Source of the DNA: Dendrobates tinctorius
Lineage: Eukaryota
Direction: 5' to 3'
Length of the DNA stretch: 64,000 nucleotides
NCBI RefSeq assembly: GCF_039654945.1
Contig: NW_027361924.1
Location: 9,052,001-9,116,000, forward strand
Position numbers and translations under genes: made by a program. Below are positions 23,535 to 36,102 of this stretch, piece by piece (the first letter of the stretch is position 1; each line of letters starts with the position of its first letter). The notes beneath the pieces were generated by a model. The model had not been told where the DNA came from. It searched no databases and saw only the letters and a list, made by a program, of their open reading frames with translations.

Positions 23535-26500
23535 TGTTATGAGCTCATTTTCTCCTTCACCTCTGATGCCCGATGAACTCCCTCTGCTGGTGAAGGGAGG
23601 CAGTAAAACTGATCTGGATGGGAGAGACTTGTCATCGGATCAGGTGGAGTGTGATTGGACATCCGGAATTTCTGAGTGGATATAAGGCTGCCGACGCCCT
23701 GCTGGGTTGCTGGTGATACCTCTCTGTTCAGAGCTTTGGCCTCCAGTTTATTCCAGTCTGCTAGAGCTAAGTTTTGCTTTTCTGTTTTTTCCATGAGATT
23801 TTGTCTGTTTGCTTAGTGTATGTGTTCAGCCTGCCCTGGCTAGGACTGGCTGAACTCCATTTTTGTCTCTGATCAGTTGCTCTCTTTTGCTCTGTCTTCA
23901 GAATATACCCGAGAGCTGATGTAGTGATTTTGAAGTCTAGTGACTTCAGGGCCTGTTCTTATCAGACGTGTTGGACATTATTTTTGGCATGGTTTTTCGC
24001 GTGATTGCAGACAGCAGCTTTTCTGTCCTGTCCTATCTAGTTAGTGAGGGCCCCATTGTTTGCTCAGCCTGTCTTTCTATCTGTGTTTGTGCTTTCATCT
24101 GTTTTCACCGTCAATACATGTTGGGGGCTGCCTATTGCTTTGGGGTCTGCTCTGGGGCAGTTTAGAGTTCCCCTTTCTTTCTTTAGGTTTATTTAGCTCT
24201 CCGGCTGTTATTGAGGGGTTTAGGACCACCGTAGGAACCCCCCACGGCTACTGTTAGTTGTGGTGTATAGGATCAGGGGTCTGCAATCCGCTAGCTACCA
24301 ACCTCTCGGTTTTCTGGACTTAGCTTGTATTTTTGTTTTTTCCTCCTCCAGTGACCCATTCATAACAGAATCACCAGCCATACCGCAGATTTTATGGTAC
24401 TCAATAGCAGGAAAGAATTGTAAAAAAAAAGAAAAAAAAGAAGTCAGAATTTTTTTTTTCTTTGTATATTTTTTCCTCTTTTTCTCTGGGGCCGTAGGAG
24501 GAATTTTTCTTAATGGAGATTAAGCAATTGTATGATCGTGTGGAGCAGCTGACTGCTGAAGTGCGGGGAATTTCCGCCTATCTTGCTCATTCACACGCTG
24601 CTGAACCAAAGATTCCTACTCCTGATGTGTTTTTTGGGGATCGGTCTAAATTTTTGAATTTTAAGAATAATTGTAAATTATTTTTTGCCTTGAAGCCTAA
24701 CTTATCGGGGAGCTCTGCGCAGCAGGTTAAAATTGTCATCTCTTTGCTGCGTGGCGATTCCCAAGATTGGGCGTTTTCTTTGAACCTGATGATCCTATTC
24801 TAACTAATGTGGATGCATTTTTTCGAGCCTTGGGGTTGTTGTATGATGAACCTAATGCTATTGATCAAGCTGAGAAAGCCCTGTTGGCATTGAGCCAGGG
24901 TCAGGATTCTGCAGTTATACTGTCAAAAATTCTGAAAGTGGGCGGTCCTTACTACCTGGAATAATGGTGCCTTGGCAGCTCTCTTTCGGAGGGGGTTGTC
25001 AGAAACCGTAAAAGATACTATGGTGGGATTTCCTGTTCCCTCTGGTCTTGACGATTCTATGTCATTAGCCATTCAGGTTGATCGGCGTCTACGTGAACGT
25101 AAAAATACACGAGAAATGTTGCCACCTGTTGAACAAATATCTGAACCTATGCATTGTGATAGAGTTTTGTCTAGGGCGCAACGTCAGGAGTTTAGAAGGC
25201 GTGATAAGCTGTGTTTTTTCTGTGGAGATGCCTCTCATATGATTTCTGTCTGCCCTAAACGAGAGAAACGTTTTGCACACACATTTGCTGTGGGTGGTGT
25301 TCAACCTAAGTTTCTTCTGGCAATTACTCTGATATGCTCCCTGTCCACATTTTCCGCTAAGGCTTTTGTGGATTCTGGAGTGGCTCTGAACCTGATGGAC
25401 TTGGATTTTGCTAAACGTTGTGGGTTTCCTATGACACCTCTGCGGACACCTATCCCTTTGAGGGGTATTGATGCTACTCCTTTGGCGAAAAATAAACCTC
25501 AGTTTTGGACCCAGGTGGTGATGCGGGTCGCCCCAGACCATCAAGAGAATTGCAGATTTTTGGTGTTGCATAATTTGCATGATACCATTGTTCTGGGATT
25601 TCCCTGGTTGCAAATTCATAATCCAGTTTTGGATTGGAAATCTGTGTCTGTGGTGAGTTAGGGTTGTCGGTGTGCTATTGGTGACACTCCTGTCTTCTCC
25701 ACCTCTCCCCAGTCACATGATGTTCCTGACTATTTAGCTGATTTTTATGATGTATTTAGTGAGAATAAGTCTGCGTCTTTGCCTCCTCATAGGAGTTATG
25801 ACTGTGCAATTGAGTTGAGCCCTGGGTGTAAATTTCCCAAGGGTCGACTTTTCAATTTATCTGTACCCGAGCACGAGGCTATGCGATCTTATGTTAAGGA
25901 GTCGTTGGAGAAGGGTCATATTAGACCATCCTCTTCACCCTTGGGTGCTGGTTTTTTTTTCGTGGCCAAGAAAGATGGTTCATTAAGGCCTTGTTTTAAC
26001 TATCGTTCCCTCAACAAAATTACTGTTAAATATCAGTATCCGTTACCCCTGATATCTGATCTATTCTCCAGAGTTAAAGGTGCTTGCTGGTTTACCAAGC
26101 TTGACCTCAGAGGGGCGTATAATCTTATTCGCATTAAGCAGGGGGACGAATGGAAGACGGCGTTTAATACTGCGGAGGGACATTTTGAGTACCTGGTGAT
26201 GCCTTTTGGGCTCACTAATGCCCCTTCTGTCTTCAAGTGCTTCATGAATGATATTTTCTGGGACTTTGTGGATAAATTTCTGATCATCTATCTGGATGAT
26301 ATTTTGATCTTTTCCAGGGATTGGGACTCTCATGTGGAACATGTTCGGACTGTGTTCCGGATTTTGAGGGAGAATTCCCTGTATGTTAAGGGATCGAAAT
26401 GCCTTTTTGGTGTACAGAGGATTTCATTTTTGGGATTTATTTTGTCTCCATCAACTATTGAAATGGACCCGGCCAAGGTATAGGCCATTTATGATTGGGT

Positions 26501-29396
26501 TCAGCCCACTTCTTTGAAGGCCCTCCAGAAGTTTTTGGGTTTTGCTAATTTTTATCGTAAATTTATAGCTAATTTTTCTGGTATTGCCAAACCATTGACT
26601 GATTTGACTAAGAAGGGTGCTGATGTACTGAATTGGTCTCCAGAGGCTGTTTCTTCCTTTCAGGAGCTGAAGCAGCGGTTCACTTCTGCTCCGGTTTTGC
26701 GGCAACCTGATGTCTCACTCCCGTTTCAGGTAGAGGTGGACGCTTCTGAGATTGGTGCAGGAGCTGTTTTGTCCCAAAAGGATCCAGTGACATCTAAAAT
26801 GAATCCCTGCGCTTTCTTTTCCCGAAAGTTCTCCCCATCCGAACGCAACTATGATGTGGGGAATCGGGAACTATTAGCCATGAAATGGGCATTTGAGGAG
26901 TGAAGACATTGGTTGGAGGGAGCTAAACATCAAGTCATGGTCCTTACTGACCACAAATATTTGATATACCTTGAGTCGGCCAAACGCTTGAATCCTAGAC
27001 AGGCTAGGTGGGCCCTGTTTTTCACACGTTTTGATTTTGTGGTCTCTTTTCTTCCGGGCACTAAGAATGTCAAGGCAGACGCCCTCTCTTGGAGTTTCTT
27101 TGCTGATTCTCCTACTGTGACCAAGCCTGCTACCATCTTAGGTGAGGGGGTAGTTCTTTCTGCCATCTCGCCTGATTTGAAACGTGCTCTGGAGGAGTTT
27201 CAGGAGGACAAACCTGAGCGTTGTCCCATTGGAAAATTGTATGTTCCTGACCAGTGGAGGAAGAGAGTAATGTCTGAAGTTCATTGCTCCGCATTGGCTG
27301 GTCATCCAGGTATTTTTGGTACTAGAGATTTGGTGAGTCGGTCTTTTTGGTGGCCCGCCTTGTCTTGTGATGTCAGGAATTTTGTGCAGTCCTGTGGGAC
27401 TTGCTCCTGGTCTAAACCTTGCTCTCGTTCTAGTGGGTTGTTGATGCCTTTGCTGGTGCCCAGGAGGCCATGAACCCATATTTCAATGGATTTTATTTCT
27501 GATATGCCTGTCTCTCAGGGAATGACTGTTATTTGGGTGATTTGCAAAAGATTCTCTAAGATGGTCCATCTTGTACCACTCCCTAAGTTGCCATCTTCCT
27601 CAGAGTTGGTGCCCTTGTTTTTGCAGCAGGTGGTTCGCTTGCATGGGATTCCTGAGAACATTGTATCTGACAGAGGAGTTCAGTTTGTTTCTAGATTTTG
27701 GAGGACTTTTTGTTCCAAGCTGGGAATTCAGTTGTCCTTCTCCTCTGCGTTTCACCCTCAGACCAATGGGCAGACGGAGAGAACAAACCAGACTTTGGAG
27801 TCTTATTTGAGATGTTTTATTTCTGCTGATCAGGATGATTGGGTTTCATTTTTGCCCTTGGCCGAATTTGCTTTAAATAATAAAGCTAGTTCTGCCACTT
27901 TGATGTCACCTTTTCTTTGTAACTATGGGTTTCAGCCTCGATTCTCTTCAGGGCAGGTGGAGTCTTCTACCTGCCCTGGTGTTGACACTGTGGTGGAGAG
28001 AATGCACCAGATCTGGGACTAAGTGGTGGATAAGTTCTCTCTCTCCCAGGAAAAGGCCCAGCGGTTTTCCAACTGGCATAGGACCATTGGTCCCCGGTTT
28101 AAGGTGGGTGATATGGTTTGGTTGTCATCAAAGAATATCTCTATGAAGGTGGCTTCTCCAAAGTTTAAACCTAGATTTATTGGACCTTACAAGATTTTGG
28201 AGATTCTTAATCCGGTCTCTTTTCGATTGGCTCTTCCTGTTACATTTAAGATCCATAACGTGTTTCAAAAGTCTTTGCTAAAGAGGTTTGTTGAGCCAGT
28301 GGTTCCTGTGGTGGAACCTCCTGACCCTGTATTGGTTGATGGTAATATGGAATACGAGGTTGAGAAGATACTGGATTCTCGTCTGGCTAGACGGAGACTC
28401 CAGTATTTGGTTAAGTGGGAGGGTTATGGCCAGGAGGATAATTCTTGGGTCTCTGCATCCGATATTCATGCTGAAAGATTGGTTCGTGCTTTTCATCGGG
28501 CCCATCCTGATTGCCCTGGTGGCGTGGATGAGGGCTCGGTGACCCCTCCTCAAGGGGGAGGTACTGTTATGAGCTCATTTTCTCCTTCACCTCTGATGTC
28601 CGATGAACTCCCTCTGCTGGTGAAGGGAGGTAGTAAAACTGATCTGGATGGGAGAGACTTGTCATCGGATCAGGTGGAGTGTGATTGGACATCCGGAATT
28701 TCTGAGTGGATATAAGGCTGCCGACGCCCTGCTGGATTGCTGGTGATACCTCTCTGTTCAGAGCTCTGGCCTCCAGTTTATTCCAGTCTGCTAAAGCTAA
28801 GTTTTGCTTTTCTGTTTTTTCCATGAGATTTTGTCTGTTTGCTTAGTGTATGTGTTCAGCCTGCCCTGGCTAGGACTGGCTGAACTCCATTTTTGTCTCT
28901 GATCAGTTGTTCTCTTTTGCTCTGTCTTCAGAATATACCTGAGTGCTGATATAGTGATTTTGAAGTCTAGTGACTTCAGGGCCTGTTCTTATCAGACGTG
29001 TTGGACATTATTTTTGGCATGGTTTTTCGCGTGATTGCAGACAGCAGCTTTTCTGTCCTGTCCTATCTAGTTAGTGAGGGCCCCATTGTTTGCTCAGCCT
29101 GTCTTTCTATCTGTGTTTGTGCTTTCATCTGTTTTCACCGTCAATACATGTTGGGGGCTGCCTATTGCTTTGGGGTCTGCTCTGGGGCAGCTTAGATTTC
29201 CCCTTTCTTTCTTTAGGTTTATTTAGCTCTCCGGCTGTGATCGAGGGGTCTAGGACCACTGTAGGAACCCCCCCGGCTACTATTAGTTGTGGTGTATAGG
29301 ATCAGGGGTCTGCAATACGCTAGCTACAAACCTCTCGGTTTTCTGGACTTAGCTTGTATTTTTGTTTTTTCCTCATCCGGTGACCAATTCATAACA
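23535..29396 (+). mobile_element. Full-length Gypsy/chromovirus LTR retrotransposon A2
   Basis: LTRs at 23535-24367 and 28565-29396 (~97% identical by hand count). 6-bp TSD ctgccc. PBS gaatcaccagc at 24368-24378. PPT aagggggagg just before the 3' LTR. Confidence 0.97.
24513..28564 (+). pseudogene. A2 gag-pol polyprotein (gag, PR, RT, RNase H, IN, chromodomain) with stops and frameshifts
   Basis: [61 protein letters not shown]. Confidence 0.93.
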
Positions 29397-31004
29397 CTGC
29401 CCACTGCTCCACTTTATTTATATCTTTTTGAATCCTCTCTGTCTTTTCCAGTATTCGCTATCCCTCTTAGCTTTGTGTCGTCAGCAAATTTAACCAGTTT
29501 GCCCTCAATTCCTTCATCTAAATCATTGCTAAAAATGTTCAACAGAAGAGGGACATGCAACTTCGACAGCCATTCACCGAATACTTTGTGTCATGACGTT
29601 GTGGATAGTTTCTGTGCTCTGAATGTGTCGAATTTGAGGTTAGTGAATGTTTTCCGAGCAAAAGTCACTCAACTCTAGATGCCAACAAGGTTTTTGAGTT
29701 GGTTAACCATGACCCTTTTAATAAGTCCTATCTCTCCAAAAAATCACTTCCTTTTTAGCTGCAACACTCAAATTGAATGTTACATAGTGAAGGGTCTCCA
29801 AGGCTGACATATCTGTCTCCATTTGCTTTTCATTTCATACAGACATATAAAGATGGCTTTTTAAGTTGAACTAAAACTAATCTAAAAAAAGCAGAACCTG
29901 CCTCACTCTTCATGGAATATTGTTTTCTTTGTAGTACCTGAAACCCAAATCTAAAAGTCAATTTCAAATATTATATCTATAGAATGTAAAACAAAGTTGT
30001 AGAAAATTGATTTTAGTAAAAATATTATCTCAGGACCCAGGAGACGCGGTGACGTGATCCTAAACACCTTTTTACTCTTGAGTAATTATGAATTCATGAT
30101 TATCAGACCGGATTGTCCCAACACACTATAAATCTCCTGCATCGCTCTATTCTGATCCAGTAGAGAATTTTACATCAGGACAAGCCCTCGGTGACAATAC
30201 CGGTAAGTCGAGCAGACAATGACATTTTGTCTGTGAATTATTTGTTTTTATGAAGTTTTGTACTGAGAGAATCAGAAAACTCATTCCTTACTGGGAAATA
30301 AATTCTGATAGAAATTGTTATATATGAACTGAAATTTAGCAAACTGTTTATCTTATTACTTTCTTGATATGTCACTTCATTTTATGTTTATTTTGTGTTC
30401 TTATTTTTTACTATTTACATTTGAGAAAATTATTATTTTTTTCATAATGCAAAAATTAAACATCTACTCAGTAATGATGTCTCCTTGGGACATTGTCATG
30501 ACTTCAAGATTGTAAATAAATGAAATGTAAGCCTGAAATAATCATCTAAAATAAGCAGGAAAACATTTTTAGTAAAATACAATACTGCAGTTTCTTTACC
30601 TGTTAAGTTTTTGTTCTATTTTACTGGCTTTCTTTTTTTTTTCCTGTAACTGAGCAGAAATTATTTGCGTATTCTCAAATGTATAGAGGAAGGAATATCA
30701 ACCAGGCAGAAAATTACATATAGAGATATAATTTGAGCTTCACTCTTAAATTAAACCCTTTGCTCACTATTACATTGTAAAAACTAAAGATCTAGAGATT
30801 TTATTTATTTTCATAGCTTTTTAAACACTTTTACTATTTTGTATTAGATAATTTTATTACACAGAATTGAGAAAGTACTGAGCTGCGTCTGGTAATGAAT
30901 AAAAAGGAAGCATCCCGATCCGCTGCCCCTGCAATCAGCTAATTCTTAAGGTTATGTTGAGTTGGATCTCCATCAGCCTGATATTATTTTTTTCCCATTA
31001 ATCT

Positions 31005-32030
31005 ACAGTTCATACTACGCAAACTTTTCAATGTTTTTTCATGTTACACCCACAAGCATAAATATCTTTTATTGGGATTTCATGTGATGTTAACACAAGT
31101 ATTTCTGAAGTCTAAAGGAAATGTCACAAGGTTTTTTAAACATTTAAAAAAAATAAAACTGAAGAGTGTGAGGTGCATTTGTATTCAGCCTCGCTGAGTC
31201 ATTACTGCTGCAGTCTTTTGGGGTCTGTCTCTACAAGCTTTGCACATCCAGATATGACATTCTGTCCCTTCTCCTTTGCACACTCGCTCTCTCGGTGAGA
31301 GTGGATGGAGACATCTGTGGTCAACAATTTTCACAACCTGCCACAGATTCTCTATGGCATTTCGGTCTGAACTGTTACTGGGCTGTTCACACATATGAAT
31401 TGATCTAAACCATCCATTGTAGCTGTGACAAGATGTTTAGGTTTGTTGTCCTGCTGGAAGGTGAACCTAAACCAACAATCTCAAGTCTATTGCAGCTTCT
31501 AACAGATTTTCCTCCAAGATTATCCTGTATTTAGCTCCATCCATTTTCCCATCAACTCTTATCAGCTCCCCTGTCCTGCTGAAGAAAAACCTCCCAACTG
31601 CATGTCCTGCCACCACTATGTGTGATGGTAAGGATGGTGTTTTCAGGGTGATGTGCTGTGTTAGCTTTCCAAAACACATCTTCTTCCACATACTGGCTGA
31701 TGCTCTGGTCAGATGAGACCAAAGAAGAACTTATGGACCTAAATGCCTGGAGTAGGTTCGTCTCACTGTACAACAACCCTAAACATTCTGCCAGAGCTAC
31801 AATGGAACTGCTCAGATCAAAGCATATTAATGAGTGTGAATGACCCAAAGTCCAGACCTAAATCCCATTGAGAATCTGTGGCAAGACTCAAATATTGCCA
31901 ATCACAGACCTTCCATCCAATCTCACTGACCTAAATCAAGTATGCAAAGAAGAATGGGCAAAAATTTCAGCCTTTAGATGTGCAAAGTTGGTGGAGACCC
32001 TAAAAGACTTGTGGCAGTTTTTGCAGCAAA
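31005..32030. mobile_element. Decayed Tc1-type element with long internal inverted repeats
   Basis: Transposase remnants NAIENLW, DGKMDGAKY..ILEENLL and LWSDETK. ~31200-31420 is inverted relative to ~31800-32020. Confidence 0.75.
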
Positions 32031-34029
32031 TTCACCACCTCTTCTGACATCACTATTACAACAGTGGGATCACGCGGTATGGTCTCCTCACTTGCACTAA
32101 TGTGATGTCCTTCACCCCTTCAGGACATGTAAGATCAGCTTGGCACAGTTTTACAGAGGCACCCCTCTGTCCATATGAGCCCAGGAAGGCACAGGGAGTG
32201 AGAGAATGTGGCCCACGCAGCTGCTGATGTCGCACAACGCTCACTCTCAACCCTGACATTCTGAGAGGCCCACTTCACTAGCACAAGAGAAACACAGCCT
32301 TATCAGCCTGTATGGACTGCCAGAAATTCCTTGTTAGATATAAGCCTGGTCCTTTAACTTAGACTAGCACCTGTAGCATAAACAGTTAAACCGAGAAACA
32401 GACGTGTGAATTCGTGGATTGAGATAAAATAGTAGCCCAAGGTTAAATTAATATATATATATAAATATATTTAATCTTAAGGGCAAACTAGACTAAACAC
32501 TATACACACATAGATTATACATATACAATGATCAGATAAGAATACAGGAGGTTGTCAAACGGTATAAGCAGATGAAACATGTCATTTACCAGTTTGATGT
32601 TCACCCATGCGAGCAGGGGATCATGAGGTTATAGTTCCTTACAACACATTACACGATGTGACCCCTCCTTTAGAAGTGAAGAACAAGCATGACAATGAGA
32701 GAGAGCGAGCATATAGCCTTACACAAGCCTTCAACCCCTTGGTTGGTCACACCCTTTTCCACCCCCAGGATGGTCCTTACACCCCTCCCCTGGGTATTTG
32801 TAGCTAAAACTCTCAAAATGTATGAAAGATTATAACTTCCCAACTGAAGGTCATAGGGTGGTGGTTCTAGCGCCATCACATCTGGTCTGGCCATCGTTAT
32901 GCTTGGAGGCCAAACATGGCTTTACTACCTGGCTTCTACTAGCTGATCTGCATATGTCCCCACCCTGGGGTGCTAGAATGGAAGGAGACCCTGGATAACG
33001 TTCAGCCCATTCCTGGGATCTTATAAAAAGGAACTGGTGTACAGCTAAGATGTACAGTAATTCTATATTCTCCTTAAAACTCTTTATGAAATCCTGTTGG
33101 ACTGGATGAACCAGTACACAAGATGACCCCCCTGTGGAGCCCAAGCTGTCATAAGCCTGGATACTAGCTAAGCTTGGAGGGGTTGCGAGTTTTCACTGTG
33201 GTGCAGGTGAGGCTAGACCACCTGGTGAGCCAGGTGTCCTGCTACAACTAGACATGCTAAATGAGGATTGGGTAATAAATGGGTAAAAAAAAGGTTGAAC
33301 ATCTTAACGAGTAATTTTGTTTATACATATGCCATGTGTGTATGTATATCTTATATATGCTTGTGTGCATGTTTGTACTACGTACAGTATATGAATGTGT
33401 AATTTTTAAAGTGTGCATAATGCAAATTATATCCCCAACACAGGAATTACATTTTTGCTTTCCTGCAAAGGTTATTCAACCAAAGTGCATTTGTTCTGAT
33501 TAATCAGCTTACCAAGAAAATAATTTGCAGGACTGCACCGAGATGACTGGTTCACAAGGAGTAACCATTGGATCACTAGAGATGACCACATGACTGTTTT
33601 TTCTTTCATTTTTGAATATTTTATATATTACATGTAGAAATCAATATTGAATTTGGTTAATATTGTCTTTTAGCATTTCTTGCCCTAAATATCTGAAGCA
33701 CAGCTTGCTAATTTTTAGCTCCTGAAAAATTGCCTTGTTGACATTTTCTTGGCCCATTATAAGGCTGGATAGTTGGGGCGATACTATAAGATGCTTTTTT
33801 ATTGGTGTGAATCAGTTTTTAGGTGCAAAATAATAAATAATAAATAATAATAAAAGTCAATGAAGTGTAGACGTAAAAGAAGAAAAGGGATCTAACGCCT
33901 ATCAAGATGTAAAATCTATCACACAGCGTGCGCCACTGTAACAAATGTGGAGTGGGGGCTCTTAGAATATTAGTCAGCAAGGTAAAGATGGGTCTTTTTG
34001 TATTTTTCTACAAAAATTAAAAAATACTA

Positions 34030-34980
34030 ATGATGAATGAGACTTCTGTTAGATATTTTCACATTTTGCCATTTTCTGGAGAAACAAGGAATAAACCATT
34101 AATTTGTACTTTCTTCTTGTTGATATATTTGGTCGGAGTTCTCATCAATTCCTCCATTATCACAGTCATATATATGGAAGTTCAGTTACATAAACCAATG
34201 TATCTCTTTATCTGTAATTTGTCCATTGTAGACATATTTTATACATCGGTCACGGCTCCTAAATTACTGCACATGTTATTATCCGGGAATCACATTGTTT
34301 CCTTCTCACAATGTTACGCTCAGTTGTACTTTTTATTAGCTGTGGCGACAGCTGAGGATATCCTCCTCTTCATTATGGCTTATGACCGATATGTCGCCAT
34401 CTGCCTCCCGTTACATTATCATCAGATCTTAAGTTGGAGAAATTGCCTCCTGATAATTATTGGGATTTGGGCAGCTGCTGTCTTAAACTCTTTAATATTT
34501 GTAATCTCAGCTATGAACATGTCCTCCTGTCACTCCAACGTCATCCACCAGTTCTTCTGTGATTTTAAATCGCTAACAAAGACCACCTGTACGGGCACAC
34601 TGATGTTTTTTGTAGTAACCGGTATTGAAATTTTGATCTTTGTATCTACACCCTTTATGTGCACTCTTATTTCTTATGTTAACATTTTCTTTGTCATCTT
34701 CAAGATGACCTCAAAAGAAGCCAGAAAAAAATCCTTCTCCACCTGCTCGTCTCACATCACCATAGTCTCTCTTTACTATGGGGCAATTATTCTAGGATAT
34801 CTGATTCCACCTTACTCTGATGTTCTGGATTCTGTCTTTAGTATAATATATATAAGTATAATCCCCATAATAAATCCGATCATATACAGTCTACAGAATT
34901 CAAATGTACAATCGGCATTGCTGGGGTTAATGAGGGGAACGTGTTGTTTTAAGAGAATTGTTAGTCACCAACATTTGTGA
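34030..34980 (+). CDS. Olfactory receptor, class II type, intact 316 aa; paralogue of 519-1469 (~89% aa identity by hand count)
   Basis: LHKPMYLFICNLS, MAYDRYVAICLPLHY, KSFSTCSSH, PIINPIIYSL. Confidence 0.96.
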   Translation: MMNETSVRYFHILPFSGETRNKPLICTFFLLIYLVGVLINSSIITVIYMEVQLHKPMYLFICNLSIVDIFYTSVTAPKLLHMLLSGNHIVSFSQCYAQLYFLLAVATAEDILLFIMAYDRYVAICLPLHYHQILSWRNCLLIIIGIWAAAVLNSLIFVISAMNMSSCHSNVIHQFFCDFKSLTKTTCTGTLMFFVVTGIEILIFVSTPFMCTLISYVNIFFVIFKMTSKEARKKSFSTCSSHITIVSLYYGAIILGYLIPPYSDVLDSVFSIIYISIIPIINPIIYSLQNSNVQSALLGLMRGTCCFKRIVSHQHL

Positions 34981-35579
34981 GAACTGGTAACTGAGCAGGA
35001 ATTGAAACACAAACACAAAATATTAAAAAATTGGCAACAAAAAAAAAAGATCCGAGATGAAGTATTTTGACTAGAGATGAGCGACTTTGTCTTTTTTAGG
35101 GTCGAGTCGGGTTTCATGAAACCCGACTTTCACAAAAGTCGAGTGGAACGAAATCGGCCGACTATAGGGAAAAGTCGAAGGTCCGACTGAAACACTAAAC
35201 CCAATGCAAGTCAATGGGAAAGAAAAGTCGGCAGGGAGTGGAGGACAGGAAACACACCTACAGTGCCCATTTCAATACCAACGACATCAATTCTTATTAA
35301 GATTGTCAACCTTAATTTACTTTATAATAATAGTTAGGCATTGAAAACTGGGGGTTATTTGACTACAGTTGTGGGGGGGGCAGGGCTGGCTCCAGGTTTT
35401 CATGGGCTCCGGGCCAAAGAGTCTCAGTGGGCCCCTTTAACACATACCGCAATTCAGGATGCTCCGATACGGCAGAGAAATATAGGTATAGTACAATGAC
35501 AAATACTTCACTTCTTACATTACATGAGTGATATCTATTTTAAATTCTACAATAGCTCAAAAACCAGACAGCATATTCC

Positions 35580-36100
35580 TCCATACAGTATTATGGCCAC
35601 AACATAGTGCGCCATACAGAATAATGAGCCCCATATATTGCGCCATAAATTATTTGTCCCATATAATACAGTATATGATGAGTTTCACATAATGCTACAG
35701 TATATGATGGTCCCCATGGATGATGCTCCAGTATATGATGGGCCTATATAATGCTCCATATATAATGGGCCCCATATGACGTTCCAGTGTATAATGGGCC
35801 CCGTATAAGATGCTCCAGTGTATGATGGGCCACATTTATAATGCTCTAGTGTATGATGGTCCCCATGGATGATGCTCCAGTGTATGATGGGCCTATATAA
35901 TGCTCCATATATAATGGGCCCCATATGATGCTTCAGTGTATAATGGGCCCCATTTATAATGCTCCAGTGTATGATGAGCCCCATATAATGCTCGAAATAT
36001 ACTGGTCCCCATATGTAATGCTCCATATATAATGAGCCACATGTGATGCCCCATAAATAATGAACCCCATATGATGCTCCAGTATATGATGGGTCCCATA
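35580..36100. repeat. Degenerate ~32-bp minisatellite inside the hAT (continues 37645-37735; homologue at 8440-8720)
   Basis: Repeated tgctccagtgtatgatgggccccata. Confidence 0.85.
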
Positions 36101-36102
36101 TA

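Noticed and set aside
32035-33190. Possible LTR/ERV remnant
   Set aside because: No paired termini, TSD or coding motif could be identified, so it is left unclassified.
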